DNA from: Octopus vulgaris
Lineage: Eukaryota
NCBI GenBank assembly: GCA_951406725.2
Contig: OX597831.1
Span: 80,600,001-80,664,000, forward strand
Reading direction: 5' to 3'
Length of the DNA stretch: 64,000 bases
Each line of letters starts with the position of its first letter. Positions within the stretch are counted from its first letter, which is position 1. Shown in pieces: positions 11,887 to 24,285 of the stretch. A program made the position numbers and the translations under genes. The notes below the pieces were generated by a model. That model searched no databases, had not been told where the DNA came from, and saw nothing but the letters and a program-made list of their open reading frames with translations.

Positions 11887-13965
11887 TTAATATTCCTGGC
11901 CCAGGGTGTTCAAACTTGGTCTAAATTTTTTGATGAAATACAGTTCTTTATTTTGACGTTGCGTGAAGGTTACGTTGTCACTGAATTTATAAAGCGGGTA
12001 AGTTGTAAATTTCGGATTTACATTTCCAGCACATCTATCTATGTGTCCGCTGACCGGTATTTTCCGGTATTCAGGGTTTCTAATTTGTGATTTATGCACC
12101 GCCATCCTGTTACGTAAGCTATTTTTTGTATGGCCTATATACTGCCTATTGCAGCCTGCGCATGTTAAGACGTAAATTAAGTTTTCTGATGCGCAGGTGA
12201 AGTTTGCTCTAATGGTGAACTGATGGCCTTGTTCTAGTATAAATTCTGAACCGTCTATCAAGATGACACAGATTCCGCAGTTGGGCCTTCCACATTTTCT
12301 AACTGCTGGTTTTGTGGTTGATGTTGAGTACAGTTTAGCTTGGGTTAAAATCCTTTTTCAAGGATTTTGGTTGCCGTTTACTTTTAATGATGGTGTGTGT
12401 TTCGAGGATCCGGTTCATCTTTGGGTCTACCTTTTGTAGGGCTGTGCTTTGTAGTATGGTGCTGAAGGCCTCATTGTTGAGTGGGTTGTGTGTAGAGATG
12501 TAGGGAAGGGTTTTTAATTGTTCTTTCTTTTTTGGTTTTGTTTGTCTCAGGTCTTCTATACTTAATTTGAGTGCCCTTTGGATTGCACTGTCTATTAGGG
12601 GCTGTGGATAGTTTCTATTTGTGAGTGTGGTTCTAAGTTCCTGGAGACGTGTGTGTCGGGTGTTGTGTCTGATATTATGGTGCAGATCCTTCTAGCTAAA
12701 CAAAAAGGGACATTTATTCTAGTGTGTCGTGGGTGGCATGAATCAAAGGGTAGGTATTGATTGGAGTCTGTCGGTTTATAGTAGATATTTGTCTCTATTT
12801 TGTTGCCGGTTTTCTTAATGAGGATGTCTAAAAATGGTAATTCTTCTTCGTTATGATCCATCGTGAATTGTATATTATCATTTATTCCATTTAATAGTAT
12901 TTTAAATTCCTCAAGTTTCTCTATACTTTTGTCCCAGATGATGAAACAGTCATCGAGGTATCTTTTCCAGTTGTTCTGGATATAGGTGGAGAAGGTGTTT
13001 CCAAATTTCTCGAGTGTTATCTGGTAGAGTATTTTCTCGAGGTATCCCATCACTAGGTTGGCAAAAGATGGTGCAGTACGCGTGCCCATCGCTGTTCCCG
13101 ATCTTTGTCTGTAGAAATTATTGTCAAAAATAAAGTAATTGTTTTCTAAAATAAATCTAAGTCCTTCTATTATAAGGTCTTTGTTTATGCGAGTTGGGAG
13201 TTCAAAGGAGTAGTTATTCAGCCAGAAGGTGATCGCTTCTATTCCTAGGTTGTGAGGGATGTTAGAATAAAGATTAACTACGTCGAATGATACTAGAAGG
13301 GTTTTCTCATTGACTGTTTTGGGGAGGTGGTTGAGCATATCTATATCGTCTCTTACGTAGCTTTTGATGTGTTTTAGGAAAGGTTTAAGAAGTGTGTCTA
13401 AGAAGTTGCTGAGGCGGTGAGTCTCACATGCTGGCCCTGCTATTATCGGTCTAAGTTTAAGATCATTTGGTGAAGGGATTTTGATGAGTACATCGGTAGA
13501 TGTTTTGCATGTTTCCCTAATTATTTGGCTTTTGTGTACTTTAGGGATACCATAGAACAAACTCGATTTGCATTTGAAGTTAGTGATATATTCATACTCC
13601 TTGTCCGTGAGTCCTTCTCGGTATGTGTTGATTAATGTCCTAAGGTTATGCATTATTTTTTGCTGATTATACTGTTGGGCCCTTTCATAATACGTTTCAT
13701 CTCTTAACAGGGATAGCACTAAATATTTATAATCGTTTGTATTCATTACAACTATCGCGTTGCCCTTATCTGCCTCCTTAATTGTTATTGCTTTGTCTTC
13801 TCTTAGTTTGATGAGGTCGTTCCATTCTCTTTTGTTAAAGTTAGGGCTGTGTTTTTGTTTCTTGATGAATTGAAACGGGAAATTAGTTATGTAGTCACAA
13901 TAGCGGTCTAAGGCTTTATTCTTTCCCTTGGTGAGGGTGTAATTGCTCTTGTTTCTAGCTATTGA
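11887..13965 (-). pseudogene. PLE reverse transcriptase + GIY-YIG endonuclease ORF with two frameshifts
   Basis: RT motifs LRPIIAG, SFDVVNLYSNIP, QRSGTAMGTRTAPSFANL, RYLDD, LPFLDI. Linker CGRPNCGIC. Endonuclease LIYVLTCAGCNRQYIGHT..LRNRMAVH...E..FIKKFRPSLN. Frameshifts at ~12660 and ~12357. The annotated ORF start at 14016 lies in flanking SINE/TA sequence. Confidence 0.92.
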
Positions 13966-15165
13966 TATATATATATATATACACGATGGGGTTTCCACAC
14001 AGTTTTCATCAACCAAATTTCCTTCAGAAGGTGTTGCTCGGCTTTGCTATTATAGTAGAAAAGAAAACTCTTGCCGAAAGCACTACTTGGGTGATCAAAC
14101 CCAAAACAACGACAGTGCAAAGCGATTTTCTTAATCCCACTGCACGATAGCTGTGCCTTTAAAACTCTTAATTTGTGCAACTTGCTGAAAGGAAGTATTA
14201 AATTTGTAATTCAGTTTGACAAATCGATCGGCATTAAAAATTTGGCTCAACTTTTGATGTCTTCCAGATGTTCTTTTGGAAAAGGAATTACCCAAGGAAT
14301 TATTATTTCATTGATGGTTGTACATCAGGTGGAGAGGTTTCCACAACCGTCACCCCAACCAGAATGGATCAGTCTGTTGAAGAGGTATTTCTGGAATGAA
14401 AGGATTGTGTTAAGAAGATCGTTTTGCATCCACATGGTTTCGGGTTCGGTCCCATTGCACAGCACCCGAAGCAAGTGTCTTCTGGTATAGTCCCGGGTCT
14501 GACCAATGTCATGTGAGTGAATTTGGTAGCGGGAAACTATGTGGAAGCCTTTTAAATGTGTGTGACAATCGGTTTTGATTAGTTTATGTCCCTGTAATCT
14601 AGCGGTTCAGCAAAAGACAACAATTGACTGTGGCCATACTGGAGCACCACCTTTAGTCGAGCAAATCGACCCCAGGACTTATTCTTTGTAAGCCTAGTAC
14701 CTATTCTATCAGTCTCTTATGCCGAACTGCTAAGTTACAGGGACGTAAACACAGCAGCATCGGTTGTCAAGCGATGTTGGTGGGACTTAAATCCTGGGGT
14801 TGATTTTGTTCAACAAAAGATTCTTCAAAGCAGTGCCCCAGCATGGTCACGGTCCAATGACTGAAACAAGTAAATGATAAACAAACAAAAACAAAAAATA
14901 AATAAAAGATACCTAGCGGTTTGATTACCATCAACCTGTTTAACTGAACTCTTCGAAGAATTCGAAGAATTCTTGTTTTAGAAGAATTGTCATTATTTTT
15001 GCAGATAAAATAATCACTATTTGAAAACATTTCAAATTTACCATTTTATATTGCACACTTCCACAAATGCTAGAATGGTAGATGCTGGCACAATAATATG
15101 CTGGCTCCAGCATTCGATCCTCTGAACAGGAGAGATTGGTCAAAAAGCCAAACTTGCTGCTTTCA

Positions 15166-15480
15166 TACAGTTCTGCATTTAAGAGATGAGGAATTATGTA
15201 CATTATTTACATTATTTACATTATTTACATTTGATGGATGTTTGTCCTCATCTTGTTTGTTGTTAAAAAAACACTAAAAAAATTAGATTTATAAGCCCTA
15301 AAATTCACTCCATAATTGCCCACGGGCATATGGTGTAGTGGTTAAGATTCCGAGTTCGATTCCAAGCAGTGGAATAATAACAACAACAACGCAGGTTCAA
15401 AATTTCCCTAAGACACCTAATGAAGGCTAGAAACGTGTTAACAACAAACAAGATGAGGACAAATATCCATAACTAATGTC
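15166..15480. mobile_element. Inverted-repeat mini-element with decayed HHR-like motif
   Basis: Arms 15234-15266 and 15438-15470 are near reverse complements. acac CTAATGA aggcta GAAA cgtgt lies at 15413-15438. Confidence 0.5.
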
Positions 15481-16402
15481 AATATTGGTACTTTCAATTC
15501 GGTTTTCGTTCCTTTCCTGGGGTCAATTTCTTCGACTTACAAGGCAGTGCTGCAGCATAGCCGCACTCAAATGACTGAAAGAAATAAAAGAATAAAAGGG
15601 TAGATATTAGAAACTGTACACAGATTTTAGCAAAAAAAAAATATCTCATGTGGACCCAAGGGTCATATGAACCCCTAACCCACTTGAGAATTACTGATCT
15701 AGACTAAGGCTTTGATTCCATTCTAAGAATCCAGAAAGCAAACCATTTCACATCTACAAGAGATGATATTTCTGGATGACTACCACAGAAAAGTTGCATT
15801 ACAACAATGTATTTACATTAAGTATGATGCGTAGGTAGCTATTTTAATTTGATGATGCTTCTATTCCTAGAATGGGTGTATCTGTTTTGGTTTTGGTTTG
15901 TTTTTTTTTTTGTTCTTTGTTAATTTCTATATCCCGTGTTGATGTGTAAACATGGTAAAATCTATCGATAGTATTTAGGTGCATGATAAGGCAGCAAGCG
16001 GGCAGAACCGTTAGGACGAAATGCTTAGCATTAGCAGCATTTTGTCTGTTTTTACGTTCTGAGTTCAAATCCCGCCAAGGTCGATTTTGTCTTTCATCTT
16101 TTCAGGGTAGATGAATTAAGTACCAGTTGCGTACTGGTGTCAATCTAATCGACTGCCCCCTCGCCCCAAATTTCGGGTCTTGTGCCTAGAGTAGAAAAGA
16201 GTATTTAGAGCACAAATATCAACTTATCATTCAACTCCAGTAAATGGTGACGGAATAATTTGGAAGGCATGGCCATACAGTTAATAAATTCAAAGTCGAC
16301 CTCGGCGGAATTTGAACTCAGAACGTAACGGCAGACGAGATACGGCTACGCATTTCGCCCGGCGTGCTAACGATTCTGCCAGCTCGCCGCCTTAATAGTA
16401 AC

Positions 16403-16463
<61 letters not shown>

Positions 16464-17029
16464 TTTTCTACTGTAATAATTGTTTCCAACAGAGTCACAA
16501 GAACCAGAATTTGAAAAAGGAAGCGGGATACAGTTGATGTCAGTACTTGACTGGTACTATATTTTCTCGTCCTTGGAAAGACGACAGTCATAGTTGATAG
16601 CAGGATTTGAACTCCAAACGTAAAGATCCGAAACGAAGACCGCAAAGGATATATAGATGGTCGTGGCTCACGTGGTGAAACCATCTAATAACGACTCCGT
16701 TCAGAAGGATGGATTAATACATGGATTAGTACCAGAGGGGAAAGAGAGAGACACAGCTGAGTAGAATGTTTTGAGAGATGATTTATTGATATGTTAACAT
16801 ATGTGTCTGTGTGTGCGTCATGTATGAAGAATAATAGACAGGCTGTCATGAGAACAAAGTATGTGTGTATAGGCATGGCTGCATGCGTGTGCATTAAGCA
16901 CAAATAAGAATAGCAATGAAGGGAGCAGTGAAGGAGTTGCACGAATGTTCATAGACACAAGAAATGAGGGGACCAGTTTGTAATTAATTGTACATGATAG
17001 TTGAAATACTTGTTGTAGAGCTGAGAACG

Positions 17030-17225
17030 AGGTAATCTCTACTCTTCTCCTCTGGAAGCCATCTGCTCGCGATACCAGAGGGCGTACACTCTCCTACCCT
17101 GATGTAATCTCCAGGGATACAGGCATCCGGCAACAGGACCTCCGTAATGCCATGATGGACCGTGAAGTCTGGCGTAGCATGGTAAATTCCATTGTCTCGA
17201 CCATGGTCGAACAATGATGATGATG
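17030..17225 (+). mobile_element. RTE-clade LINE 3' end with (TGA)n tail
   Basis: Near-identical to the reverse complement of 54572-54770 (ISTLLLWKPSARDTRG..TLSYPDVISRDTG...DREVWRSMVNSIVST). Confidence 0.85.
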
Positions 17226-18276
17226 AACGTTTCTGCCAGCTTGCCACCTTCTCACGAACAGTGCTGTGTTGAAACCTGGGTGTGTTGCTGTTGGATGGGT
17301 GTTGTTGTCTGGCGTTATCGCTGGAACTGGCTGTGTCTTGTGTGGTCAGTGACTAGACCTTAAAAAGGTCTGGAACCAAAGACCTCGAGACAAGGAAAAG
17401 TTGAGTTTTTATAAGGAGCTGTAGGTTAAAACTGGGTTGAGAACAAGCTGTCTGACGTGATCTTATAGCTCCGATTGGTTATACGCTGTAGATTAGTATG
17501 ACAGAATAAGGGACAAATTGTGCCAATACCAACCAATCAGAGTAGTGGACACAACGGGGTCCAAATAATGGCCAAAGGCTAGCTGTTATCTGCTACGTAT
17601 ATACAATAAAGAGGAGAGACGAATTTCACTTGAATTTATGCTACAGATTTATTCCAATATCCTGTCATAAAAATTATTTCTAACAAGGTCTGAAATATGG
17701 GGCTGGGTAAGAATAAGCAACACGATCAACACTTTATTTTATCGACACCAGAGAAATGAAAGTGGAAAGTGAGTTTGACGAGATTTGAACACAGAACGTA
17801 GAGAGTTGGAAAGAAAAATATCACAGGGTAATATCTGAAAGAAAAATATCTGACGCTCAAACATAAAACTGGGAACGAAATTTGCTTCAGGAATTGCAAA
17901 CTCATGTCCACGTTTTTTTTACAAACAAGGTCGATTTTTTCAATCGTAATAAAAACAAAAGAGATAAAATAATAATAATTATTATTATTATTGTATTTGT
18001 ACATTAATCAAATCAGATAAATCCAATAATGGAGAAGAGATGTTTCAAATCGATCCCAAAACTGTTTCATGCTCGTTCGTTTTGGCGATAAAGTTTTGCA
18101 GGAGGACGTTCAAAGCGTTTTTATTGTCCCTTCTCCAAAAAAATTCTAGCACCACCGGTTCCGAAGCCAATGCGCTCAAACGATTCTACCGATCTGCTGC
18201 CTTTTATACTTTACGGTAGAAAAAGAGAGAACGGAAGAAAGTTTTGAAGACTGGAAGAAAACAGTGTATGGTCCAA

Positions 18277-18897
18277 GAGAAAGAGGCAGGGAGAGAGAGA
18301 GGGGGGGAAGAAAAGGGAGAGAGAGAGGGGGGGGGGAGAAAAGGGAGAGAGAGAGGAGGGAAAGAAAAGGGAGAGAGATAGGGAATAAGAGAAAGAAAAG
18401 GGAGAGAGAGAGAGGGGGGAAGAAAAGGGAGAGAGAGAGGAGGGGAAGAAAAGGGAGAGAGATAGGGAACAAGAGAAAGAAAAAGGAGTGTGAGAGAGGG
18501 GGAAGAAAAGGGAGAGAGAGAGGAGGGGAAGAAAAGGGAGAGAGATAGGGAACAAGAGAAAGAAAAGGGAGTGCGAGAGAGGGGGAAGAAAAGAAAGAGA
18601 GAGAGGAGGGGAAGAAAAGTGAGAGAGAAAAGGAATAAGAGAAAGAAAAGGGAGAGAGAGGAGGGGAAGAAAAGGGCATAAGAGAAAGAAAAGGGAGAGA
18701 GAGAGGAGGGGAAGAAAAGGGAGAGAGAGAGGAGGGGAAGAAAAGGGAGAGAGAGAAGAGAGAAAGAGGAGGGAGAGAGAGAGGAGGGGAAGAAAAGGGA
18801 GAGAGAGAGGAGGGGAAGAAAAGGGAGAGAGAGAGGAGGGGAAGAAAAGGGAGAGAGAGAAGAGGGGAAGAAAAGGGAGAGAGAGAGAGAGAGAGAA
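18277..18897. repeat. Purine-rich compound (GA)/(GGGAAGAAAA) minisatellite
   Basis: Directly visible; source of the Leu/Ser/Pro/Phe pseudo-ORFs. Confidence 0.95.
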
Positions 18898-20775
18898 GAT
18901 GGTTGAATTGAAATAGCTTTGATCATAAGACCTGTTCAATCACGGTCGACTTGGGGTTAAACAACAACGATAACAACGACAACAGCCATAATAAAAAGAC
19001 GTCAAAGGAATCAATCTTTTCCATTCACCAGAGCCGGTGATAGACGGGAATTGCATCCGTCGAATCATTAGTCCGGATTTTATGTTCATTGATAAATTAA
19101 AATGGCAAATACAAGACATGAGTTATCTCCCTGGTCCATGGCTGTCAGGGAGGTGTGAATTGTTGTGGTTTTGTTTGCTGATTTCTTTTGAAAATATTAT
19201 CGAACTCATCGCCAGCCGCGGTTTTATGAGGGGCGAAAAATAAGTTCAAAATAAGACATTATCTGTTAACAACCTTGACGTTTTATTTCAATATTTATAT
19301 CTACATGAACACACACACCACCACACACATACACATATTAATATATATGTCTGTATATAAATAAATATATATATTCATATATATATAGAGAGATATAAAT
19401 TATACATACATATATCGACATATACATCTTTATATCTATTTGTCTGTCTGTCTTTCACACGCTTTCTACTCACACAGACGTGCACAGATATCTATTTATT
19501 TCTCCCTGACTACCGACATATATAGACACACTACACACACTCCGACTCACACTCACACACATATATACTCACATATACACTTACTTGCTGTATATACACC
19601 TATCTTACTATGTACTGGGATTATGATGTTTAAAACGGCGTCGAAGAAGCATTTCAACAACTTCGTTTCGACGGGTAAGTCTTCATTTAACATATATATT
19701 AACCTACTTCTTTTCTCTCTCTCTCTCTCTTTCTACCCTCCACATTGTTCTTTACCGACCCCAATGTTTTTTTTTTTTTGCGAACCCTTTAGAGGTTAAT
19801 AAAGAAAACATCGTAAATTTTCAGATTAACATTCGCACGATTTTCACCCCGCAAAAAACTCGGATATTTTGCATGGAATCAAGTACCCCGACTTCGTAAT
19901 ATGCTGCAAATCCCATATTTTGGTCCGGAAGGGAACCGAATACATTATTATTCATTTTTATTATTAATTGCAGAATATCTGTGTGGTGCCCCCTTTGAAA
20001 ATAAAACAAATTATCGCCATTCTTCTTGTTGTTGTTCTTCTTCAGGGTATCCATAGTTTTGCGAAGGTTTCCCCCGCGTAACCCTCGAATGTCTCCTTTT
20101 TGGTGGTCGAGCAATAACCATAATTCATTGTTACTCTCATTGCCATTCTATTTTCCCTATTTGCGCGCTCCTTTCATTTCACCCCTACATTATTGTAAAG
20201 TCCCCTGCTATCTTCGTTCTCTTTTATGAACCCTTAGGGGTCGTCAGTTCAGCATTATTTACTGTCCTCTGTCTTTGTATTGTCCTAAATGTTTTTGCGG
20301 CCCTTGTGACCCGATAAAGAATTCTTATAATTATTAATGTGGATGATAGTGATGATGATGATGAGGTGAAGGACGTCGATTGAGACGATGAAAGCAGTTT
20401 TAATACGTGTGTGTGTATGTATGCATGTGTGTATGTATACATATGTGTGTGTGCTCTGTCACTTGTATGTATGCCGTATTTCATATATATATATATATAT
20501 ATATACATACATACATATACACTCACACACAACTGTATGTGTTGTGCATGTATACACACGCACATGCGAATAGTACACACACACACGCACACACATTGTT
20601 ATGCAAATAGTGATAGGTATTGAAAGAGTGTATATCCTACATTATGTATGTTTATGCAGTGTCTATATATAATATATACACACTAAACATGAGCACATCC
20701 TTTGACCTCACGTCAGCGTCGTTGACTTTCTCTCTTGCTCCAATGTATACACACATACATACACACATACATACA

Positions 20776-20810
<35 letters not shown>

Positions 20811-20913
20811 TATACCGCATATATACATATCTTTACGTTGATAAATATATATATATATACACATCTGTATTCCTATGCTTATGGCAAACATACAAGTGAC
20901 AAACCACATACAC

Positions 20914-20952
<39 letters not shown>

Positions 20953-21052
20953 TTCGTGTATATTCATAGATAGACTGGCAGTATACACACACACACATAT
21001 ATATAGTAAAGACAGATAGATGGATAAATACGTAGAATGCTGTATGCAAACA

Positions 21053-21116
<64 letters not shown>

Positions 21117-22029
21117 GTCATACAGATAATGTTTACAAACGAAGAGTACACAACATACTTCTGAAGTTTATCTATGTATGTGTGTATGTATATATCTATC
21201 TATCTATCTGTCTATCTGTATATCTATGTATCTATCTCTCTATATGTCTATCTGTATATCTATCTATGGAAGCACTTTCGTCCCCATTTTCTCTCAAATT
21301 TTTTTTTTGCGAAAATCCCCGTTTTCGGATACGAAGGTTCCGGAAAATTGCCAAAAATCGGCATTGTGACCCCCCCCCCCACTTCTTCAATTTTGTATTT
21401 TTCGCCCAACCCTATCTATCTACCTACCTACCTACCTGTCTGTCTGTCTGTCTCTTTATCTCTCCCCCTCTCTCTATCTTTCTTTCCCTCTCTCTCTATC
21501 TATCTCTATCTTTCTTTCTCTCTCTCTCTCTATCTATCTCTATCTTTCTTTCTCTCTCTCTCTCTTTCTCTCTCTCTATTTGCTTGTATTGTGAGTGTGT
21601 TTTTATAGAATGCATCCGTTCGAAAATTGTTCCTATTTAACCCTAGGCAGGCCTGTGTTTCGCTGCTTGGTTGTTTAACCCCAAGATCAGTGATCCTCAT
21701 TCCAGTCGTTATGCCAAGTCATCCATCGATGTGTGAGACCCTAATTATTCAATGTCTCTTCGTTTTAAGGACAGTATGGTGTGTGATTTTGATAAGATTA
21801 GGCTGCTATTTCTAGCAAATTGCTTTTGATTTTACTGTTGTTGTTAATCAGTGATGGGCATGGAAGGATGGAGGTTTAGGGTATAACATATATAAATGTT
21901 GTGTCTGTATACACGAATTTGTGTGGGTATATGTATGTGGGTATGTATTTGCATGTATATGTGTGTAGGGGATATAGATTTGTGTATGTATGTATCCATG
22001 TATAGGTGTATATATGTATATGCATATGC

Positions 22030-22064
<35 letters not shown>

Positions 22065-22097
22065 CTTTATTTAAAGCAGCAGAAAATTCAACAAAAT

Positions 22098-22135
22098 CTG
22101 TTACTCTGAGTTTCTCGTTGCCGTTCATCAGACAG
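22098..22135 (-). ncRNA. Minimal type I hammerhead ribozyme motif (H1)
   Basis: Exact reverse complement of 22152-22189. Confidence 0.7.
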
Positions 22136-22151
22136 TTTTTGCTAGCAAAAA

Positions 22152-22189
22152 CTGTCTGATGAACGGCAACGAGAAACTCAGAGTAACAG
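22152..22189 (+). ncRNA. Minimal type I hammerhead ribozyme motif (H1)
   Basis: ctgt CTGATGA a cg gcaa cg a GAAA ctc a gag TA acag. Stem I ctgt/acag, intact core, short stem II with a GNRA loop, near-palindromic stem III, GUA cleavage triplet. Confidence 0.7.
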
Positions 22190-22293
22190 ATTTTGTTGAA
22201 TTTTCTGCTGCTTTAAATAAAGCATATTACTCTACCACTGGTATTTGAGTACTCTTTTTTCCACCTTGTTTCACATTTATGTGTTTACTCCGG

Positions 22294-22326
<33 letters not shown>

Positions 22327-24051
22327 GTGCGTTTAGGTGTCCGTACACATACATAAACAAATGCTTATGTATGTGTATGTATAGTTGTGTATATGTGTGC
22401 ACGTGTGGGGGCGTATATGTGTGTATGTCTCTGGGTTTATATTTGTGTGTGTGTATATGTGTGTGTTGGATTATATCCTTGTGAATGATGGAAACATTTG
22501 TGTATGTGTGTGTGTGTGTATGTTTGGATTATATTCTCAGTCAACGACGGAGAAGCAACGTGTAAGAAGAATGAATGGAGATTCCGTTAAGAAATCCGGT
22601 AATTTTATGTGGGAGGTTGAAAACCAATTATCATCATTGTTAATAACGATGATAATTACTATTATAGAAATCATTATTAGTATTAGTATCCTCATCATCA
22701 TTATCTTGTTATTACTTGAGAAATCGTCATCGTCGCTCGAATTAAATCGTTTTAATCGGCGTTCAAAACGGTTTATCTCTTATCTGTTCGAGTGGAGTGA
22801 GGATGGAGTGGAGTGTGAGTGGAGGGTAACACTGATGTTGAGTGGCGTTGAGATGGACGAGAGTGAGTGAGAGAGTGTATCACTCAACGATAACGAGATT
22901 AACATCGAGGTAAAAAAATATTTACCGAAATATTAAATAATATGCGCATATACATACGTATTCATTCATTCATTCATTCATTCATACATATATACGTACA
23001 TATCGTTACGTTCTGAGTTCAAATTCCGCCGAGGTCGGCTTTGCCTTTCATCCTTTCGGGGTCGATAAATAAAGTACCAGTTACGCACTGGAGTCGATGT
23101 AATCGACTTAATCCGTTTGTCTGTCCTTGTTTGTCCCCTCTGTGTTTAGCCCCTTGTGGGTAATAAAGAAATATATATACGTACATATATATATGTGTGT
23201 GTGTGTGTGCATACATGTACATCTGCATACAAACTTTCATCACCACCATCGTCAACATTATATATAACCTTTCTAATTTTGGCACAAGGCCAGCAATTTT
23301 GAGGAGATGGTGTAAGTTGATTGCATCGACCCCGAAAGGATGGAAAGCGTGGTTGAGCTAGGCGGGATTTGAACTGAGAACGTTCAGTCGCCAAGTAAGC
23401 ATTTTGTTGGACACATTAATGATCAAGTCTGCCAACTCGATAATTTCTTACAAGGACCATTTTGTCGTCTTAAAAAGGTAAAAGAAAGATAAGATTTGGT
23501 AATGTAGTTCTAGATACGTTGTGTCTGAAAGAAAAAGAGCAACAACAAAAAGGGTGGATGGTCACGGCTGTGCTGCCTTTGATGTTGTGTCTACTCTGTA
23601 ATGGTAGACCTATGGCTAAATATCGTCGCCATGACTACCACTACCACCTTTAATATAACAACAACAACAACAGGTTAACGCGGGAAATGCACGCCCTCAT
23701 TCTCCGCTGGGATGGTCCCGGGTGGAATGCGGTTCATCATAAAATTACTCGTTCAGAATAACAACGACAACAAGAACAAGGTAGTTCTCTGATATACAAA
23801 GAAGGCACGATTGTCACTTTTGGGGTGCCTTCGATCACGTGTCGGCTCTGTTTATTTACCACCTGTTTCACCTGGGGTTAAATAAAACAACAGCTGCAAT
23901 TACGACTTATAAACAAGCGTCAACGAATGACAGCAGCAACAACAATAAACGAAAGCAGGAAACACCGAAGAGACTTCTACGTAGTTTCTCGGCCTGCTAG
24001 AAATAGCAACCAAATTTCCCTTATATCACACACATACGTGTGTGTGTGTGT

Positions 24052-24285
24052 GGTGGCGAGCTAGCAGAAACGTTAGCACGTCGGGCGAAATGCGTAGCCG
24101 TATTTCGTCTGCCGTTACGTTCTGAGTTCAAATTCCGCCGAGGTCGTCTTTGCCTTTCATCCTTTCGGGGTCGGTAAATTAAGTACCAGTTACGCACTGG
24201 GGTCGATATAATCGACTTAATCCGTCTGTCTGTCCTTGTTTGTCTCCTCTGTGTTTAGTCCCTTGTGGGTAATAAAGAAATAGAT
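24052..24285 (+). mobile_element. SINE family B (tRNA-derived head, conserved gcctttcatcctttcggggtcgataaa domain)
   Basis: Head ggcgagctggcagaatcgttagc...gagttcaaattcc. Other copies at ~5680-5900, 15990-16200, 16290-16393, 23003-23172, 29750-30000, 32137-32368, 33270-33424, 46408-46580, 48365-48792, 50032-50245. Confidence 0.9.

Larger units (their letters stand above)
10695..13965 (-). mobile_element. Penelope-like retroelement (EN+, C-terminal GIY-YIG), 5'-truncated, flanked by (TA)n
   Basis: RT-GIY-YIG reading frame at 13965-11887, then ~1.2 kb of 3' non-coding sequence with a tandem array and an HHR-like motif. (TA)n at 10656-10694 and 13966-13981. Confidence 0.9.
22065..22293. mobile_element. 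HHR mini-element family H1: perfect 158-bp palindrome plus 71-bp tail in (TA)n
   Basis: 22065-22222 is a perfect inverted repeat centred on gctagc (22141-22146). Same family at 44727-45003 and 53725-53808. Confidence 0.9.

Noticed and set aside
13966-14016. Annotated start of the 473-aa RT ORF
   Set aside because: MVDENCVETPSCIYIYI comes from a flanking SINE A fragment and the (TA)n tract. The PLE is 5'-truncated.
24052-24140. tRNA genes at SINE heads
   Set aside because: A/B boxes are present, but there is no complete cloverleaf and they run into SINE bodies; they are treated as SINEs.
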